Notes under the pieces: model-generated
The model's input: the letters and a program-made list of their open reading frames with translations, nothing else
Database searches by the model: none
Told to the model about the DNA's origin: nothing
Position numbers and translations under genes: made by a program
Assembly: GCF_963921235.1 (NCBI RefSeq)
Contig: NC_086097.1
Coordinates: forward strand, 19,408,001 to 19,472,000
Source: Mobula hypostoma
Lineage: Eukaryota
DNA length: 64,000 bases
Direction of reading: 5' to 3'
Part shown: piece after piece, positions 13,028-26,252 of the stretch
How the letters are laid out: each line of letters starts with the position of its first letter
Numbering within the stretch: the stretch's first letter is position 1

Positions 13028-16000
13028 TAAGACCATAAGACATAGAGAAGAATTGGGCCATTCGAACCATTGAGTCTGTTCCATCACTTTGTTCTCAACC
13101 CCATTCTCCTGCCTTCTCCCTGTAACCTTTGACACCTTTACTGATTGAGATCCTATTAACCTCTGCTTCAAATATACCCAATGACAACCTCCACCATCTG
13201 TGGCAATGAATTCTACAGACTCACCATCCTCTGGCTAAAGAAATTCCTTTCCAATTCTTTTCTAAAGGGATGTCCTTGTATGTTGAGGCTCTGCCCTGTG
13301 GTTCTAAACTCACCCACTATCGGAAACATCTTCTGCATATCGGCTCATTGTAGACCTTTCAATATTTGGTAGGGTCTACAAACCCCCTAATGAACCATTC
13401 ATGTGGCCACCTAACCTAGACCTCCAGGACAAAATGTACCTCATTATTGGTGACCTTAATAGCCATAACACCAACTGGGGATACGAAGATGACGATGAAA
13501 ATGGAGAAGAAGTTGTATCATGGGCTCTAAGCAACAGCCTTGAGCTACTATACGAGTCAAAGGACACCCCTGCCTTCACAAGTGCCAGATGGAGAAAAGG
13601 ATACAACCCAGATCTTGCCTTTGTTACCTCAGCAAGCTCCAAACTCTTCACACGAACAGTCCTCTAACATATACCCAAATCCCAACACCGTCCAGTCCAG
13701 GTAGAATCCCTTCCAGTTCTGAGACCTGTACCGTCAAAGTACCTACTAAAATTTAACCTGCGAATTGGACATCTTTCGCAGAATCCCTTGATCGACATAT
13801 CGATACCATACCACCAGAACCTGATCATTATGATGAATTTATCCGACTAATCTGGAAAGTAGCGCAGCAGAACATACCTAGAGGCTGCAGAACCAAATAT
13901 ATTCAGGGATTGACTAGTGATATCAAGCAAAATTATGATGAGTATGTCAACTTATATGACCAAGACCCGTTTGGACAAAACACAATTGAAATGGGAGAGT
14001 CAGTTCTGTCCCTACTGAGCCAAGAGAGGCACCGGCGTTGCCAGGAACTGATAGAAAACACAGACTTGACCAAGAGCAGTAAGAAGGCATGGGCAACTGC
14101 TTGGAAATTCAACTCAGACAATAGACCACCACAGAGAATTGCTGCCGTAATACCCAATCAGGTCGCCCACCAACTAATACCAAATGGTCGACCAGATAAC
14201 AAGGAACGGGGGCAAAGGAAAAAGCAAAATCAAGAGATGGAGTCAGCTCTCTCAAATGGGAATAACAACTTCCCACCTCTCACCCTAGAAGAATTAAAGG
14301 ATGAAGTATCAAAACGTGGCAGGAGCACTTGGAACTAAAAACTATTCCCTACCGGGAGAAAACAGCACCTGTTCTTTCCGCAATGTTCTCCAGCAGTTTA
14401 AGGACAAAGTTCAGCCGGAGCATAACTCACAAGTGCTCTTGAAAGTCAGGTATTAACCCTACCTACCAACAACCAAGCGTTGCCATCCTGGCCCCCTTCA
14501 TGATAGCTTATGAAGAAGCACGTGATTTCCCTCCCAGAGATGACAGGTGTCTGTGTACTTGTCTCTAAAATGTTAAAGAATGAAACCACAGTCAAAGTAA
14601 TAAGAAGCCTCCTAGAAAATCATAGATTTTATGTAGAAATGAATGGAATTAAGAGTAGGTGGCATCCACAAAAGAACGGACTACCACAGGGATCGGTCCT
14701 GGCACCTCTACTATTTAATGTTTACTTAAACGACCAACCAACCTTTCCTAACACACGCAGGTTTATCTATGCAGATGACCTATGCGTAGCAACACAAGCT
14801 AACTCCTTCCAAGAAGTTGAAGCATGACTTACAGCAGTCCTCGAAGCAATGAAGCAGTATTATGAAAAATGGTCTCTGAACCCAAATCCATCAAAAACTC
14901 AAGTGTGTGCATTCCACCTGAGGAATCGAGAAGCAGCTCGGAAACTCAAGATCTTCTGGTGTGGGAAGGTGCTCAAACACCATCCGACTCCAATTTACCT
15001 GGGCGTGACACTGGATAGGACGCTCTCATTTGCAACCCACATCCAAAAACTCCGAGGGAAAGTTGGCTCTCGCAATTCTGTCTTGAAAAAATTAGCAGGC
15101 ACGAAGTGGGGAGCTAATGTTCACACACTTAGATCAACTGCCCTAGCACTCTGCTATGCACCTGCAGAATACTGTGCACCTGTGTGGGGCAGATCAGCCC
15201 ATGCAAAGAAAATAGACCCATTGCTTAACGAAGCCTGCCGAATAATCACGGCCACACTGCACCCCACACCCACTAACATCATTTACAGACTTGCAGACAT
15301 TGCTCCCCCAGAGATCCGAAGACACACTACAACAAAAATTGAAAAAGGTAAACAGAACTCGGATCCACGGCACCCACTACACCATCATGTGCCAGTTTCC
15401 AACCACCTAAAATCAAGGAAAAGCTTTGCTACAGTGGAGGAACTACCGCACAGAACATCCCCCCAAACATACAGGATTGACCTCCGGCAACAAACAGAAG
15501 CCAGAACCCCACCAAACAATACAGTGCAAGACCCCACAGAAATGTTGCCAGATGGGGCACTGCTTGACAGACGGAAGTGGTGCGCTCTCAACAGAGCGAG
15601 AGCGGGAGTTTGTAGGACGGGAGACAATATGGTGAAGTGGGGTTTAAAGACCAGCGGATCCCGTGAGTGTGGCGAAAGGCTGCAGAACATTGGACACGTT
15701 CTGCGCAACTGCCCACTCTCACCTGAGTTAGCTGACACTGACCTGCTCAACATCAACCACACAACACAGCATCCGTGGAAACGACCAGTCAACAAAGAAT
15801 GAGGAAAACATCATCGAGCCAGGGTTCCGGCCCGAAACGTGGACTGATCGTTTCCACGGATGCTGCCCGACCTGCTGAGTTCCTCCAGCGTGTTGTGAAT
15901 GATGATCAATGAGATTCCTTCCTCATTCTTCTAAACTCCAGCAAGTACGTATAGGTCCAGTACCATCAAATGCTCCTCATACATTAACTCTTGGGATCAA

Positions 16001-16050
16001 TAAGCCTCCACTGGACCCATTCTAATGTCAGCACTTCTAATCCTAGATGC
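13028..16050 (-). mobile_element. CR1 3' fragment split by a Vingi-like insertion (pieces about 13028-13373 and 15908-16050)
   Basis: The CR1 sequence ...ttcaatatttggtagg stops at about 13373 and resumes caatgagattccttcctcattcttctaaactcc at 15908. Confidence 0.8.
13376..15810 (+). mobile_element. Vingi/Ingi-like non-LTR retrotransposon (AP endonuclease + RT + C-terminal Cys/His motif), 5'-truncated and disrupted
   Basis: IIGDLNSHNTNWGY...FTSARWRKGYNPDLAFV (endonuclease); KNGLPQGSVLAPLLFNVY, FIYADDL (RT); YLGVTLDRTLSF, WGANVHTLRSTALALCYAPAEYCAPVW; C-terminal ECGE...HVLRNCP. The N-terminal RT motifs are missing around 14340-14560. Clade assignment is from motif recall. Confidence 0.8.
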
Positions 16051-16319
16051 TCGAGGCTAGGGGCAGGGAGTTAAAGTTACTCACTACTTACGTCCTGGCC
16101 TATTGATACAGAGACAGAAGCCAGTTCACAGCAGCAGCTGGGGAGCATGAATTCAATGGATCAATATGGAATGAGTGTGAAATATTTAGGAAATCCTGTA
16201 CTCTGGAAGAGTAATCATTATTGTAAACAAAACCACCAGGTTCACCGATACCCTTCAACAAAAGAAATCTTACCTGCTCTAACCTACACACATCACCAGA
16301 TTCACCACTATATTTACTT

Positions 16320-16580
16320 AGAGATACAAGCCTTCTGCCCCAGCGAGCTGCACCCACCTAATAAACACCAGCCTAATCACAGGACAATTTGCAATGACCA
16401 ATTAACTACTAACCAGTGCATCTTTGGACTGTGGGAGGAAATCGGAGTACCTGGAGGAAGCCCACATGGTTCTCAGGGGGAAAGTACAAACTCCTCAGAG
16501 AAAGTGCCAGAACTGAACTCTGAACTCTGACACCCCAAGCTGTAATAGCATCGCACTAACCGCTATGCTACTGTGGCAGC
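16320..16580 (-). mobile_element. V-SINE-like SINE
   Basis: tttggactgtgggaggaaatcggagtacctggaggaagcccacatgg...; tRNA-like head cgcactaaccgctatgctactgtggc; a plus-strand sister copy lies at 46857-47130. Confidence 0.75.
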
Positions 16581-17082
16581 CGACGGGTTGTAGTTAGCTC
16601 TTAACTATCCCCTATATTCATGGGCAAACAGGGACGGACAATAAGTGCTGCAATTAGACAGATGCCCAAGTCACGTTAGTGACTGATGTCCTCTGTGGCA
16701 GGGACTGGACAGGGATGGGATAGGTGGTTAAAAGAAAAGTTATTCTCACAGAACAGTCTGAAACTAGAGGGCAGGATGGTTACAGGGCATCTGAGGAAGA
16801 ATGTTTTCTTCGACAGGGTGTAGGATTCTGGTGCACGTGGCCCAGGGCTGCAGGAAGCAGGGACTGCCACAGAATCCAAAAAGATTGCTCAGCTCTTGAA
16901 TTGCTAGGTTTGCAAAAGTGGTGGATACAGCTCAGAACATCACAGGCAAAGCTCTCCCCGCCATTGAGCACGCTTCCAAGATCGCGGCCACAAGAAAGCA
17001 GTATCCATCATCAAGAACACTCCATCCAGCCATGCTCTCTTCTCGCTGCTGCCATCGCGCAGGAGGTCCCACACGACCAGAC

Positions 17083-17615
17083 ACGAAGCCACGCTGACTA
17101 TCCTTAATCAGTCCCTGTCCATCCAAATACTCAAATATCCGGTCCCTTAGAATACCTTCCAATAACTTTCCCACTACTGCTGTCAGACTCACCGGCCGAT
17201 AGTTTCCTGGTTTAAAAACGTTCTTAAACAGCGGAACCATATTGGCTATCTTCCAAACCTCTGGCACCTCACTTATCGCGAAGATTGAGTTAAATATCTC
17301 TCCAAGTTACTGAAACTTCCTGCATTTGCCTCCAACAGGGTCCAAGGGAACACCTTGTCAGGCCCTGGGGTTTTATCCACCTTAATTTGTCTCAAGACAG
17401 CAAACATCTCCTCTTCTGTAATCTGTATAGAGTCTATAAAGTTGATGCTGCTTTGTCTTACTAATGTACTAGACTCTGAGTCCATCTCCTGAGTACATAC
17501 AGATGCAAAAATTGCATTTAAGAACTGCCCAATCTCTTTTGGCTCCACACATGGATTACCATTCTGACCTTGCGAGGGCCAATTTTGTCCCTTGCAATCC
17601 TCTTCTAGAGACTCT
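17083..17615 (-). mobile_element. CR1 ORF2 fragment
   Basis: KVDKTPGPD, WKIANMVPLFK...PGNYRPVSLTAVVGKLLE. Confidence 0.88.
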
Positions 17616-17619
17616 ACGT

Positions 17620-18395
17620 CCATGGGATACGGACATGGAGTCTATAGAAGTGAGGGGATACAGCATTGAGGTCATGGACCCTTTACAGATTACAGAAGAG
17701 GAGGTACTTGCTTTCTTGAGGCAAATTAGGGTGGATAAATCCACAGGGCCTGACAATGTGTTCCCTCAGACCCTGTGGAAGTCTGGTGCAGAAATTGCAG
17801 GGCCCAAGCAGAGATATTTAAAACATGCTTAGCCCCAGGTGAGGTGCTGGAAGACTGGAGGATAACTAATGTTCTTCCTTTTTTTAAGAAAACGTCTAAG
17901 AATAAGCCAGGAAATTATCGGCCTGTGAACCTGACATCAGCAGTGGGAAAGTTATTGGAAGATATTGTGAGAGACCGGATATAGATAGACAGGGACAATT
18001 AGTGATAATCAACTTGGCTTTGTGCATGGTAAGTTATGTCTAACCAATCTTACAGAGTTTTTAGGAAGCGACCAGAAAAGTTGAGGAGGGGAAAGCAGCA
18101 GATATTGTCTACATGAACTTTAGCAAGGCCTTTGACAAGGTCCTGTATGGGAGGTTGGTCAGGAAGGTTCAGTCGCTTGGCATTCAAGATGAGGTCGTAA
18201 ATTGGAACAGGCATTGTCTTTGCGGAAGAAGCCAAAGAGTGTTTGTAGATGGTTGCTGGAGACCTGTGATGCTGCAGGAATCGAAGCAGGGTCTGTCGCT
18301 GTTTATCATCTAGATCAACATCCTTAATGTGGTAAACTGGATCAGCACATCTGTGATGACACCAAGATTTAGGGTGTAGTTGACAGCGAGGAAGA
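17620..18395 (+). mobile_element. CR1 ORF2 fragment
   Basis: RVDKSTGPD, PGNYRPVNLTSAVGKLLE, MNFSKAFDKV. Confidence 0.88.
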
Positions 18396-18904
18396 ATTGA
18401 GTATAAATGAAAATCATCAGCAAAACAATTTTAACATCATTGAACTATTGCAAGGCGTCAGCACCGTTATGCGATTAAATGCATTATATTCAATAAAAGT
18501 TCATTTCTTGTTTCTCCAAGTTCATTCATGATACAAGTAGTCTGAAATTATATTTGTGTTTAGCTTCAAGTGGTCTATCACAAAGAAAAAAAATTCTGAG
18601 GAAACAACACTTTTTTAAAAATTTGTTATCCAGTGTTATTGAGTAAATATCGACATATTTACAATTGACTTAGTTGTCAGTTATTTGACCTGAGCGATTC
18701 TGGCTCGCTGGGTCTTTGCAATACATTATCTCACCTTTGTCACTGGTACAGATACAGATATGAGCACTATGGGCACTATGGTAGGAAAGTGGTTAGCGCA
18801 ATACTCTGAACTTCGGGGCGTCGAAGTTCAGAGTTCAATTCCACCTGTCTGTAAGGAGTTTATACATTCTCCTTGTGACCATGTGGGTTTTCTCTGGATG
18901 TTCG

Positions 18905-19520
18905 AACTTCAAAAGGCATCCACATCACCGAGGACCCCACGTGGTCTGTACACACCAGCTGTGTGGTGAAAAAGACACAACAGCGCCTTTCACCTCAGAC
19001 GGTTGAGGAAGTTTGATATGTGCCCCCAAACCCTAAGAACTTTCTACAGGGGCACAATTGAGAGCATCCTGACTGGCTGCATCACTGCCTGGTATGGGAA
19101 CTGTACGTCCCTTAACTGCAGGACTCAGCAGAGAGTGGTCGGACAGCCCAGCGTATCTGTAGTTGTGAACTTCCCATGATCCAGGACATTTACAATGACA
19201 GGTGTGAAAAAAGGGCCCGAAGTATCACTGGGGGCCCAAGTCATCTCAACCACAGTCTATTCTAGCTGCTACCATCCGGGAAGCGGTACCACAGCATAAA
19301 AGCCAGGACCAACAGTCTCCAGGACAGCTTCTTCCACCAGGCCATCAGACTGATGTACTCACGCTGATTTGAGTGTACTCTATATTACATTGACTGTTCT
19401 ATTTATTATAAATTACTATGATTGCACATTGCACATTTAGATGGAGACGTAACGTAAAGATTTTCACTCCTCATGTATGTGAAGGATGTTAGAAATAAAG
19501 TCAATTTAATTCAATTCAAA
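18905..19520 (+). mobile_element. Rex1/Babar LINE 3' fragment inserted in a V-SINE-like element (about 18770-19672)
   Basis: Encodes ...TFYRGTIESILTGCITAWYGN...; aataaa plus ttcaa tail; SINE head before and SINE body after, ending in (aatc)n. Confidence 0.82.
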
Positions 19521-20884
19521 GAAATAACACACTGGTTAGTAGGCTAATTGGTCAATGTAAACTGCCCTGTGATTAGGCTGGTGTTGAAATAGGTGGGCAC
19601 CATGGCTCTACGGGCCAGACAGTCTTGTTCCACACTGTATCTTTAAATAAACAATCAATCAATCAATCAATCTGTTGTCAGATCCTTAAGTTTATAAAGC
19701 TCCAACTCAGATGAACAAATCTTAGGCCACTGAGCCAACTCATTCGAGACTCTTCATTTCTTTCAGGTGGAAAGTTTCTGCTGTATCTGGACCAGAATAA
19801 AATCTAACACTATGACAACGAAGACTGCCCAACCACCCTGTTACGTGACTAAAAGGTTGTTTTGCTCACTGCCATTTCTCATTTAGCTATGAAAACGGGG
19901 GAGAAACCAGTTTGTTAGTTATTATTGGGCTCAACTCTAGCCTTTTGTCATGTCACTCTGGCAAACCAAAGGCTTCACAACCACTCTGCTCACGGCAAAC
20001 TCTGACAAGTCACAGTCTTAAACACAGAAACGGGCCCTGCAGCCCATCTAGTCCATGCTAACCTAGTCCCATTGACCTGCACCTGCACCCTTCGAATCCA
20101 TGTACAAACGTACTTATTCAAAATACCTTTCAAGTGCTGAAAATTAAAGCTGGATCCATTACTTTCACTGGCAGCTAATCCACCCTCTCACCAGTGAAGA
20201 AGTTTTCCTTCATGTTCCCATTAAACATTTCTGTAAAACAAATTTGCAAAACGAAAAACAAACAGGCTAGAAATCAATTCTCACCATTCACTGAAAATAT
20301 CTGTCTATCTTAGGCACTGCTGAGGAAGAACAGGAAAATGATTTCTGGACATTCAGAAAGGAAGGGAGGAGGACTGATAGACTATTTATTTGCCTTTGGC
20401 CAATCAATGAGTTTGACTGAAATCTGCTTCTCCTTCTCTGAGGCTAACTGGAAGAGCTGTGGGATTTGGGCCCCAGAGATGGTTTGCCAGTCATCAGGTT
20501 GCCCTGGATCTCCAGGATCTGCAGAAACCCTTGTGTCTGTGGTTTTCCTTGTTTCGATTTTTCTTGAGCCTTTGAGATCATCTGTGTGATTTTCTTGTGG
20601 AATCTCTTTCACACAACAGCACTGAGTGTAATTAAGAGACTTGCGGGCACAAAGAGAAACTGATTACAGAGGGTTTCAGCAGGATCTTCAATTGGAGATT
20701 CACAGTGCATAGGCTTGGCCAAGAGGGCGAGAAGGATTAGAGGAAGAACATTTTTTCCCAGAGTATAGTTTGAGTCGGGAATGTACAGCCCGAGAACATG
20801 TTGGAGGCAGTACTTTTGTAGGGTAATGTAATGGGTGGAAACATATGCATAATTCCCAACCACTGACATGGAGTTGGAGTTCAC

Positions 20885-21509
20885 TGTAAACAGCTGGCCT
20901 GATGTAACGTCATCATGACACGAAGTTTTTTTACCGTGCTTTATGTTCTGTGTTTTGTTGACAATAAAGTAGCTGTTACAGTTTTCCTTAAACTTAAAAC
21001 GGCTCTGCCATTTTATTTACAAAAACCTACATTGGTGATCCGATGCTCCAGGATGATTCCAGAGTTATTCAACATGGCGGCCAACACAGTCACTTTGAAA
21101 CTGCCAGAGACTGGGGAGCAAAATGCCGTCGCTTAGTTTGTACAAGCCGAAGCCAATCTGCACAGCGAGAAATCTCCACGGTCGATGCCAGATGTTACTA
21201 TGTAGTAGCGTCACTCAGTAGTTCCACAGCAGCGAGAGGTGTGAGTCTGCTTCAGCACCTGTCTGAACGCAATCAGTGTGGCATGCTGCAAACTCAACTA
21301 TTACCGACCTTTGGTCTATCAGAGTCTGAGCAGGGCAAACAGTTGCTCTCCTTGCCCAGCATAGGGAATGCTAGGCCTTTGGAGCTAATGGACCACATGC
21401 AGTCTCTCCTGGGAAATAACCACCCTTGTTTTATTTTTAAAGAACTCTTCATGCAACAAATGCCTGAGCAAGTCCGCATAGCCCTCGCCAATGCACATGT
21501 GAAGGACTA
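20885..21509 (+). mobile_element. Gypsy LTR retrotransposon 5' end: short LTR (about 20885-21031), PBS and gag fragment
   Basis: TGTA...CTACA with internal aataaa, immediately followed by PBS-like tggtgatccg; gag-like MAANTVTLKLPE...FVQAEA...CYYVVASL...FIFKELFMQQMPEQVRIALA. Confidence 0.75.
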
Positions 21510-24452
21510 CACCAGCCAATGATTTTTTTCAAAATTCCTCAGAAAATGTTTTTTTGTTTATGATAGACCTTGAAGCTGGACACAAATATAATTTTGGACT
21601 ACTTATATCCTGTAGGAATTTGGAGAAACAAGAAATTAATTTTACTGAATAGAATGTGTTTAATTGCCTAACAGTGCAGATGCTTTGCAATAGTTCAACT
21701 AAGCTAAAATGTTTTGTTGATAGTTTTCATTTGTACTCAGTGTCTGATGCTTCTTCCTTAAGTGTCGAACAATAATCAGCCAACATTGAAGGATTCCATT
21801 TGCCCTGATACCATTTCTCCATGGCCGCAATGTCCTGGTAAAATCTTTCACAATGTTCATCACTGACAGTGCCAAGATTTGCAGGGAAGAAGTCTAAATG
21901 GGAATGCAGAAATTAAATCTTTAGTGATGTGTTGCATTTCATGGTTTTGTATGTTTGAAGTGTGTTGTCAAGCAGCTGCATGTAGTTTGGTGCTCTGTAG
22001 TTGCCAAGAAAATTTTCAACAACATCCTTAAATGCCTCCTATGCGATTTTGTCCAGTCTCACTAGAAGTTCTTTGAATTCCCTGTCATTAATGACATGTT
22101 TGATTTGTGTATGAACAAAAATACCTTCCTTAATCTTGGCATCAGTTATTCCAACTTGAATTAAGAATTGAAATAACAACTATTGGCAATTTCATAAAAA
22201 TGGTGCATAATAGGGAAATTTCATGGTTATTTTCATGATTAGCAGCCCAAAGTCCATAAAGTACACCCGGTGAGGAAGATAAAGAATGGTCGGGTGAAGG
22301 AACCAATGGTGACAACTGAGGTGGAAAATCCAGTCAGGTGGAAGAAGGCAGCACACATGAGGTTTAGGAAGCAAGGATCAGATGGGTCTATTGAGGAATA
22401 TAGGGAAGCAAGAAAGGAGCTTAAGGGGCTGAGAAGAGCAAGAAGGGGGCATGAGAAGGCCTTGCCAACTAGGGTAAAGGAAAACCCCAAGGCATTCTTC
22501 AATTATGTGAAGAACAAAAAGATAACAGGAGTGAAGGTAGGACCGATTAGAGATAAAGCTGGGAAGATGTGCCTGGAGGCTGTGGAAGTGAGCGAGGTCC
22601 TCAATGAATTCTTCTCTTTGGTATTCACCAATGAGAGGGAACTTGATGACAGTGAGGACAATATGAGTGAGGTTGATGTTCTGGAGCATGTTGATATTAA
22701 GGGAGAGGAGGTGTTGGACTTGTTATACTACATTAGGACGGATGTCCCCAGGGCCTGACTGAATATTCCCCCGGCTGCTTCACGAGGCGAGGGAAGAGAT
22801 TGCTGAGCCTCTGGCTAGGATCTTTATGTCCTCGTTGTCCACAGGAATGGTACCGGAGGACTGGAGGGAGGCAAATGTTGTCCCCTTGTTCAAAAAAGGT
22901 AGTAGGGATAGTCAGGTAATTATAGACCAGTGAGCCTTACGTCTGTGGTGGGAAAACTGTTGGAAAAGATTCTTAGAGATAGGATCTATGGGCATTTAGA
23001 GAATCATGGTCTGATCAGGGACAGTCAGCGTGGCTTTGTGAAGGGCAGATCGTGTCTAACAAGCCTGATAGAGTTCTTTGAGGAGGTGACCAGGCATATA
23101 GATGAGGATAGTGCAGTGGATGTGATCTACATGGATTTTAGTAAGGCATTTGACAAGATTCCACATGGTAGGTTTATTCAGAAAGTCAGAAGGCCTGGGA
23201 TCCAGCGAAGTTTGGCCAGGTGGATTCAGAATTGGCTTGCCTGCAGAAAGCAGAGGGTCATGGTGGAGGGAGTACATTCAGATTAGAGGGTTGTGACTAA
23301 TGGTGTCCCACAAGGATCGGTTCTGGGACCTCTACTTTTCGTGATTTTTATTAACAACCTGGATGTGGGGATAGAAGGGTGGGTTGGCAAGTTTGCAGAC
23401 AACACAAAGGTTGGTGGTGTTGTGGATAGTGTGGAGGATTGTCGAAGATTGCAGAGAGACATTGATAGGATGCAGAAGTGGCAGATGGAGTTCAACCCAG
23501 AGAAGTGTGAGGTGGTACACTTTGGAAGGACAAACTCCAAGGCAGAGCACAAAGTAAATGGCAGAATACTTGGTAGCGTGAAGGAGCAGAGGGATCTGGT
23601 GGTACATGTCCACAGATCCCTGAAAGTTGCCTCACAGGTAGTTAGGGTAGTTAAGAAAGCTTATGGGATGTTAGCTTTCCTAAGTCAAGGGATAGAGTTT
23701 AAGAGTCGCGGGGTAATGATGCAGCTCTATAAAACTCTGGTTAGGCCACACTTGGAGTACTGTGTCCAGTTCTAGTCGCCTCACGATAGGAAGGATGTGG
23801 AAGAATGGGAAAGGGTACAGAGGAGATTTACCAGGATGCCACCTGGTTTAGAGAGTATGAACATAGAACATAGAACATAGAATAGTACAGCACAGTACAG
23901 GCCCTTCGGCCCACAATGTTGTGCCAACCCTCAAACCCTGCCTCCTATATAAGTCCCCACCTTAGATTCCTCCATATACCTGTCTAATTCCTCCACATAC
24001 CTGTCCATTATGATCAGATATTAAGGGAGCTAGGGCTTTACTCTTTGGAGAGAAGGAGGATGAGAGGAGAAATGATAGAGGTGTACAAGATAATAAGAGG
24101 AATCAATAGAGTGAACAGCCAGCGCCTCTTCCCCAGGGCACCACTGCTCAATAAAAGAGGACATGGCTTTAAGGTAAGGGGTGGGAAGTTCAAGGGGGAT
24201 ATTAGAGGAAGGTTTTTTACTCAGAGAGTGGTTGATGCGTGGAATGCACTGCCTGAGTCAGTGGTGGAGGCAGATACACTAGTGAAGTTTAAGAGACTAC
24301 TAGACAGGTATATGGAGGAATTTAAGGTGGGGTTTTATATGGGAGGCAGGGTTTAAGGGTCAGTACAACATTGTGGGCCGAAGGGCCTATACTGTGCTGT
24401 ACTATTCTATGCTCTAAAAGAATTCAGGAAGCAAAATCTTTGATGTCCGGTG
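21510..24452 (-). mobile_element. Chapaev3-like (CMC) DNA transposon relic, interrupted by a CR1; transposase fragment about 21760-22150
   Basis: Minus translation AKIKEGIFV...FKDVVENFLGNYRAPNY...FLHSHLDFFPANLGTVSDEHCERFYQDIAAMEKWYQGKWNPSMLADYC; related termini caccagcca (21510) and tgtccggtg (ending 24452). Family name is from motif recall. Confidence 0.72.
22270..24415 (+). mobile_element. CR1 LINE, 5'-truncated ORF2, with a nested antisense CR1 tail (about 23860-24006)
   Basis: KENPKAFFNYV, SLTSVVGKLLE, YMDFSKAFD, GVPQGSVLGPLLF, LVRPHLEYCVQF, FFTQRVVDAWNALP; nested (aacatag)n tail on the opposite strand. Confidence 0.95.
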
Positions 24453-25674
24453 TAAGCAGTCCATTCATAGAACAAGGAGAACAAAGTACAGCAACTTCTC
24501 CCAGTAAAAGTAGGATAATTTCTACAGAGAAAGTAATATACAATATACTTACAAAACAGAAGTCTCAGTCGCTTTCAGCAGCTTAGTCACCAGCTTGTAT
24601 TGACAGTGGAATCACCCAACCATCTACACTGTGGCTGGCTGGAGAGTAATTGCAGCCTTTTTTAAATGGCTTGTTGATATATGGTTAAATATTTGGCTGG
24701 GAAACCGGAGCTAACTTTCCTACAAGGCACAAAGGAGCAGATAGTAGTGAGAATTTGCCACCTCAGTCAGGTGCAGTACCCACCAAGAGCTAGAATACAG
24801 TGTCATCTAGTTGGTTGAGAATAGTTTTTATGCTTTCTTTAGAAGAGAGTGTACTTTCTCGTATAATTTTGTAGTTTTGTTTTTCTGATGCTTTTTCAAA
24901 GTTCAAAGTACACTTATTATCAAAATGCAAACACTATATGTAACCATATACAACCCTGAGATTCATTTTCTTGCAGGTATACTTGTTGAGGTTTTGGTTG
25001 GTTTGCTCTTTGTCTGGAACCTCCTTGACCTTACCTGCATGGGTGGCCCCACCAGCAGCTTAGCTCCAAACATCACTCTCACGATCTCAGGAACTCACAA
25101 GCCCTGAGGAGGTGACGATCTCAGAGAAGAGTGTAGGATCAGATGAAGAAGCCCAACGCACACAACTCTTACTGGGAACAGGTGTCTGAGCAGATCTAAA
25201 CCTGGGATAAATAACCCAGTGTCTTATTTACTGCCCCATACCCACTCACTGTACCCAAATGAGAGAACTGTTCAAGTTAATTTCCCTATTATGACAGGAA
25301 TGTTCCAAGTGCAGTTTATTTGAAAAGTCTGCTGCCTTGGCAGGGTGTGTTTGCCAATTGGATGATTGAGTGATTGATGTGCTTTGAACCAATATTACTA
25401 CCTCTGAAAGTGAGCTGCCAGGCCAGGGTTTGGAAGGAAAGAGTCGGAGATTTATTATCAGGACGGAGTACTGTCGTTTGCTGCTCATTGAACTGACACC
25501 AGAAACAAAAGCCTTTAAAACAGCACGAATAATTAATGAGTTCTCTCTGCTGTGCAGGGAGTTGAGTTGAAGTAAAATTTTTTGCTTCATTTTTTGCATT
25601 TAGAAATGTTTCAACATTACATCAAATATTTCAAGCAGCTGAAACACTTCAGTAACCTGAAGACTCACAATAAC

Positions 25675-26252
25675 ATGGAGCATAGAACAGTACAGAACAA
25701 CAATGGCCGTCAATGTTGTTCCTAACTAAATTAGTAATCAAATGCCCTGCTAAACTAATCCCTTCTGACTACATATGTCTAACCTTTCACTTCCTGCACA
25801 ACCATATGTCTAACTGGGAGCCTCTTGAACTCCTCAATCATATTTGCCTCCGCTACCCTGACTGCATCTTCCAGGCAGCCACCACTCTCGGTATACTTTA
25901 CATAAAAAGAATAACTTGCCTGCACATCTCCTTTGAATTTGCCCCCTCTTGCCTTGAATGCATGCCCTACAGCATCAGACATTTCAAACCTGGGAGACAG
26001 ATACCGGCTGTCTACTCTATCTATGTCTCTCATAATCTTATAAACCTCCTTCAGACCTCCCCGCACTTTCTGCCACCCCAAGAAAACAGCACAAATTTGT
26101 GCAACCTCTCCTTATAGCACATGCCTTCTAATCCAGCCAGCATCCTGGTAAACCTCTTCTGCACCCCTCTCAAAAGTCTTGACACCTTTCCTACAAAGGG
26201 GTGTCCAGAACTGAGTGCAATACTCCATGTGGGGCCTAACTAGAGTTTTACA
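25675..26252 (-). mobile_element. CR1 3' fragment
   Basis: [27 protein letters not shown]. Confidence 0.85.
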
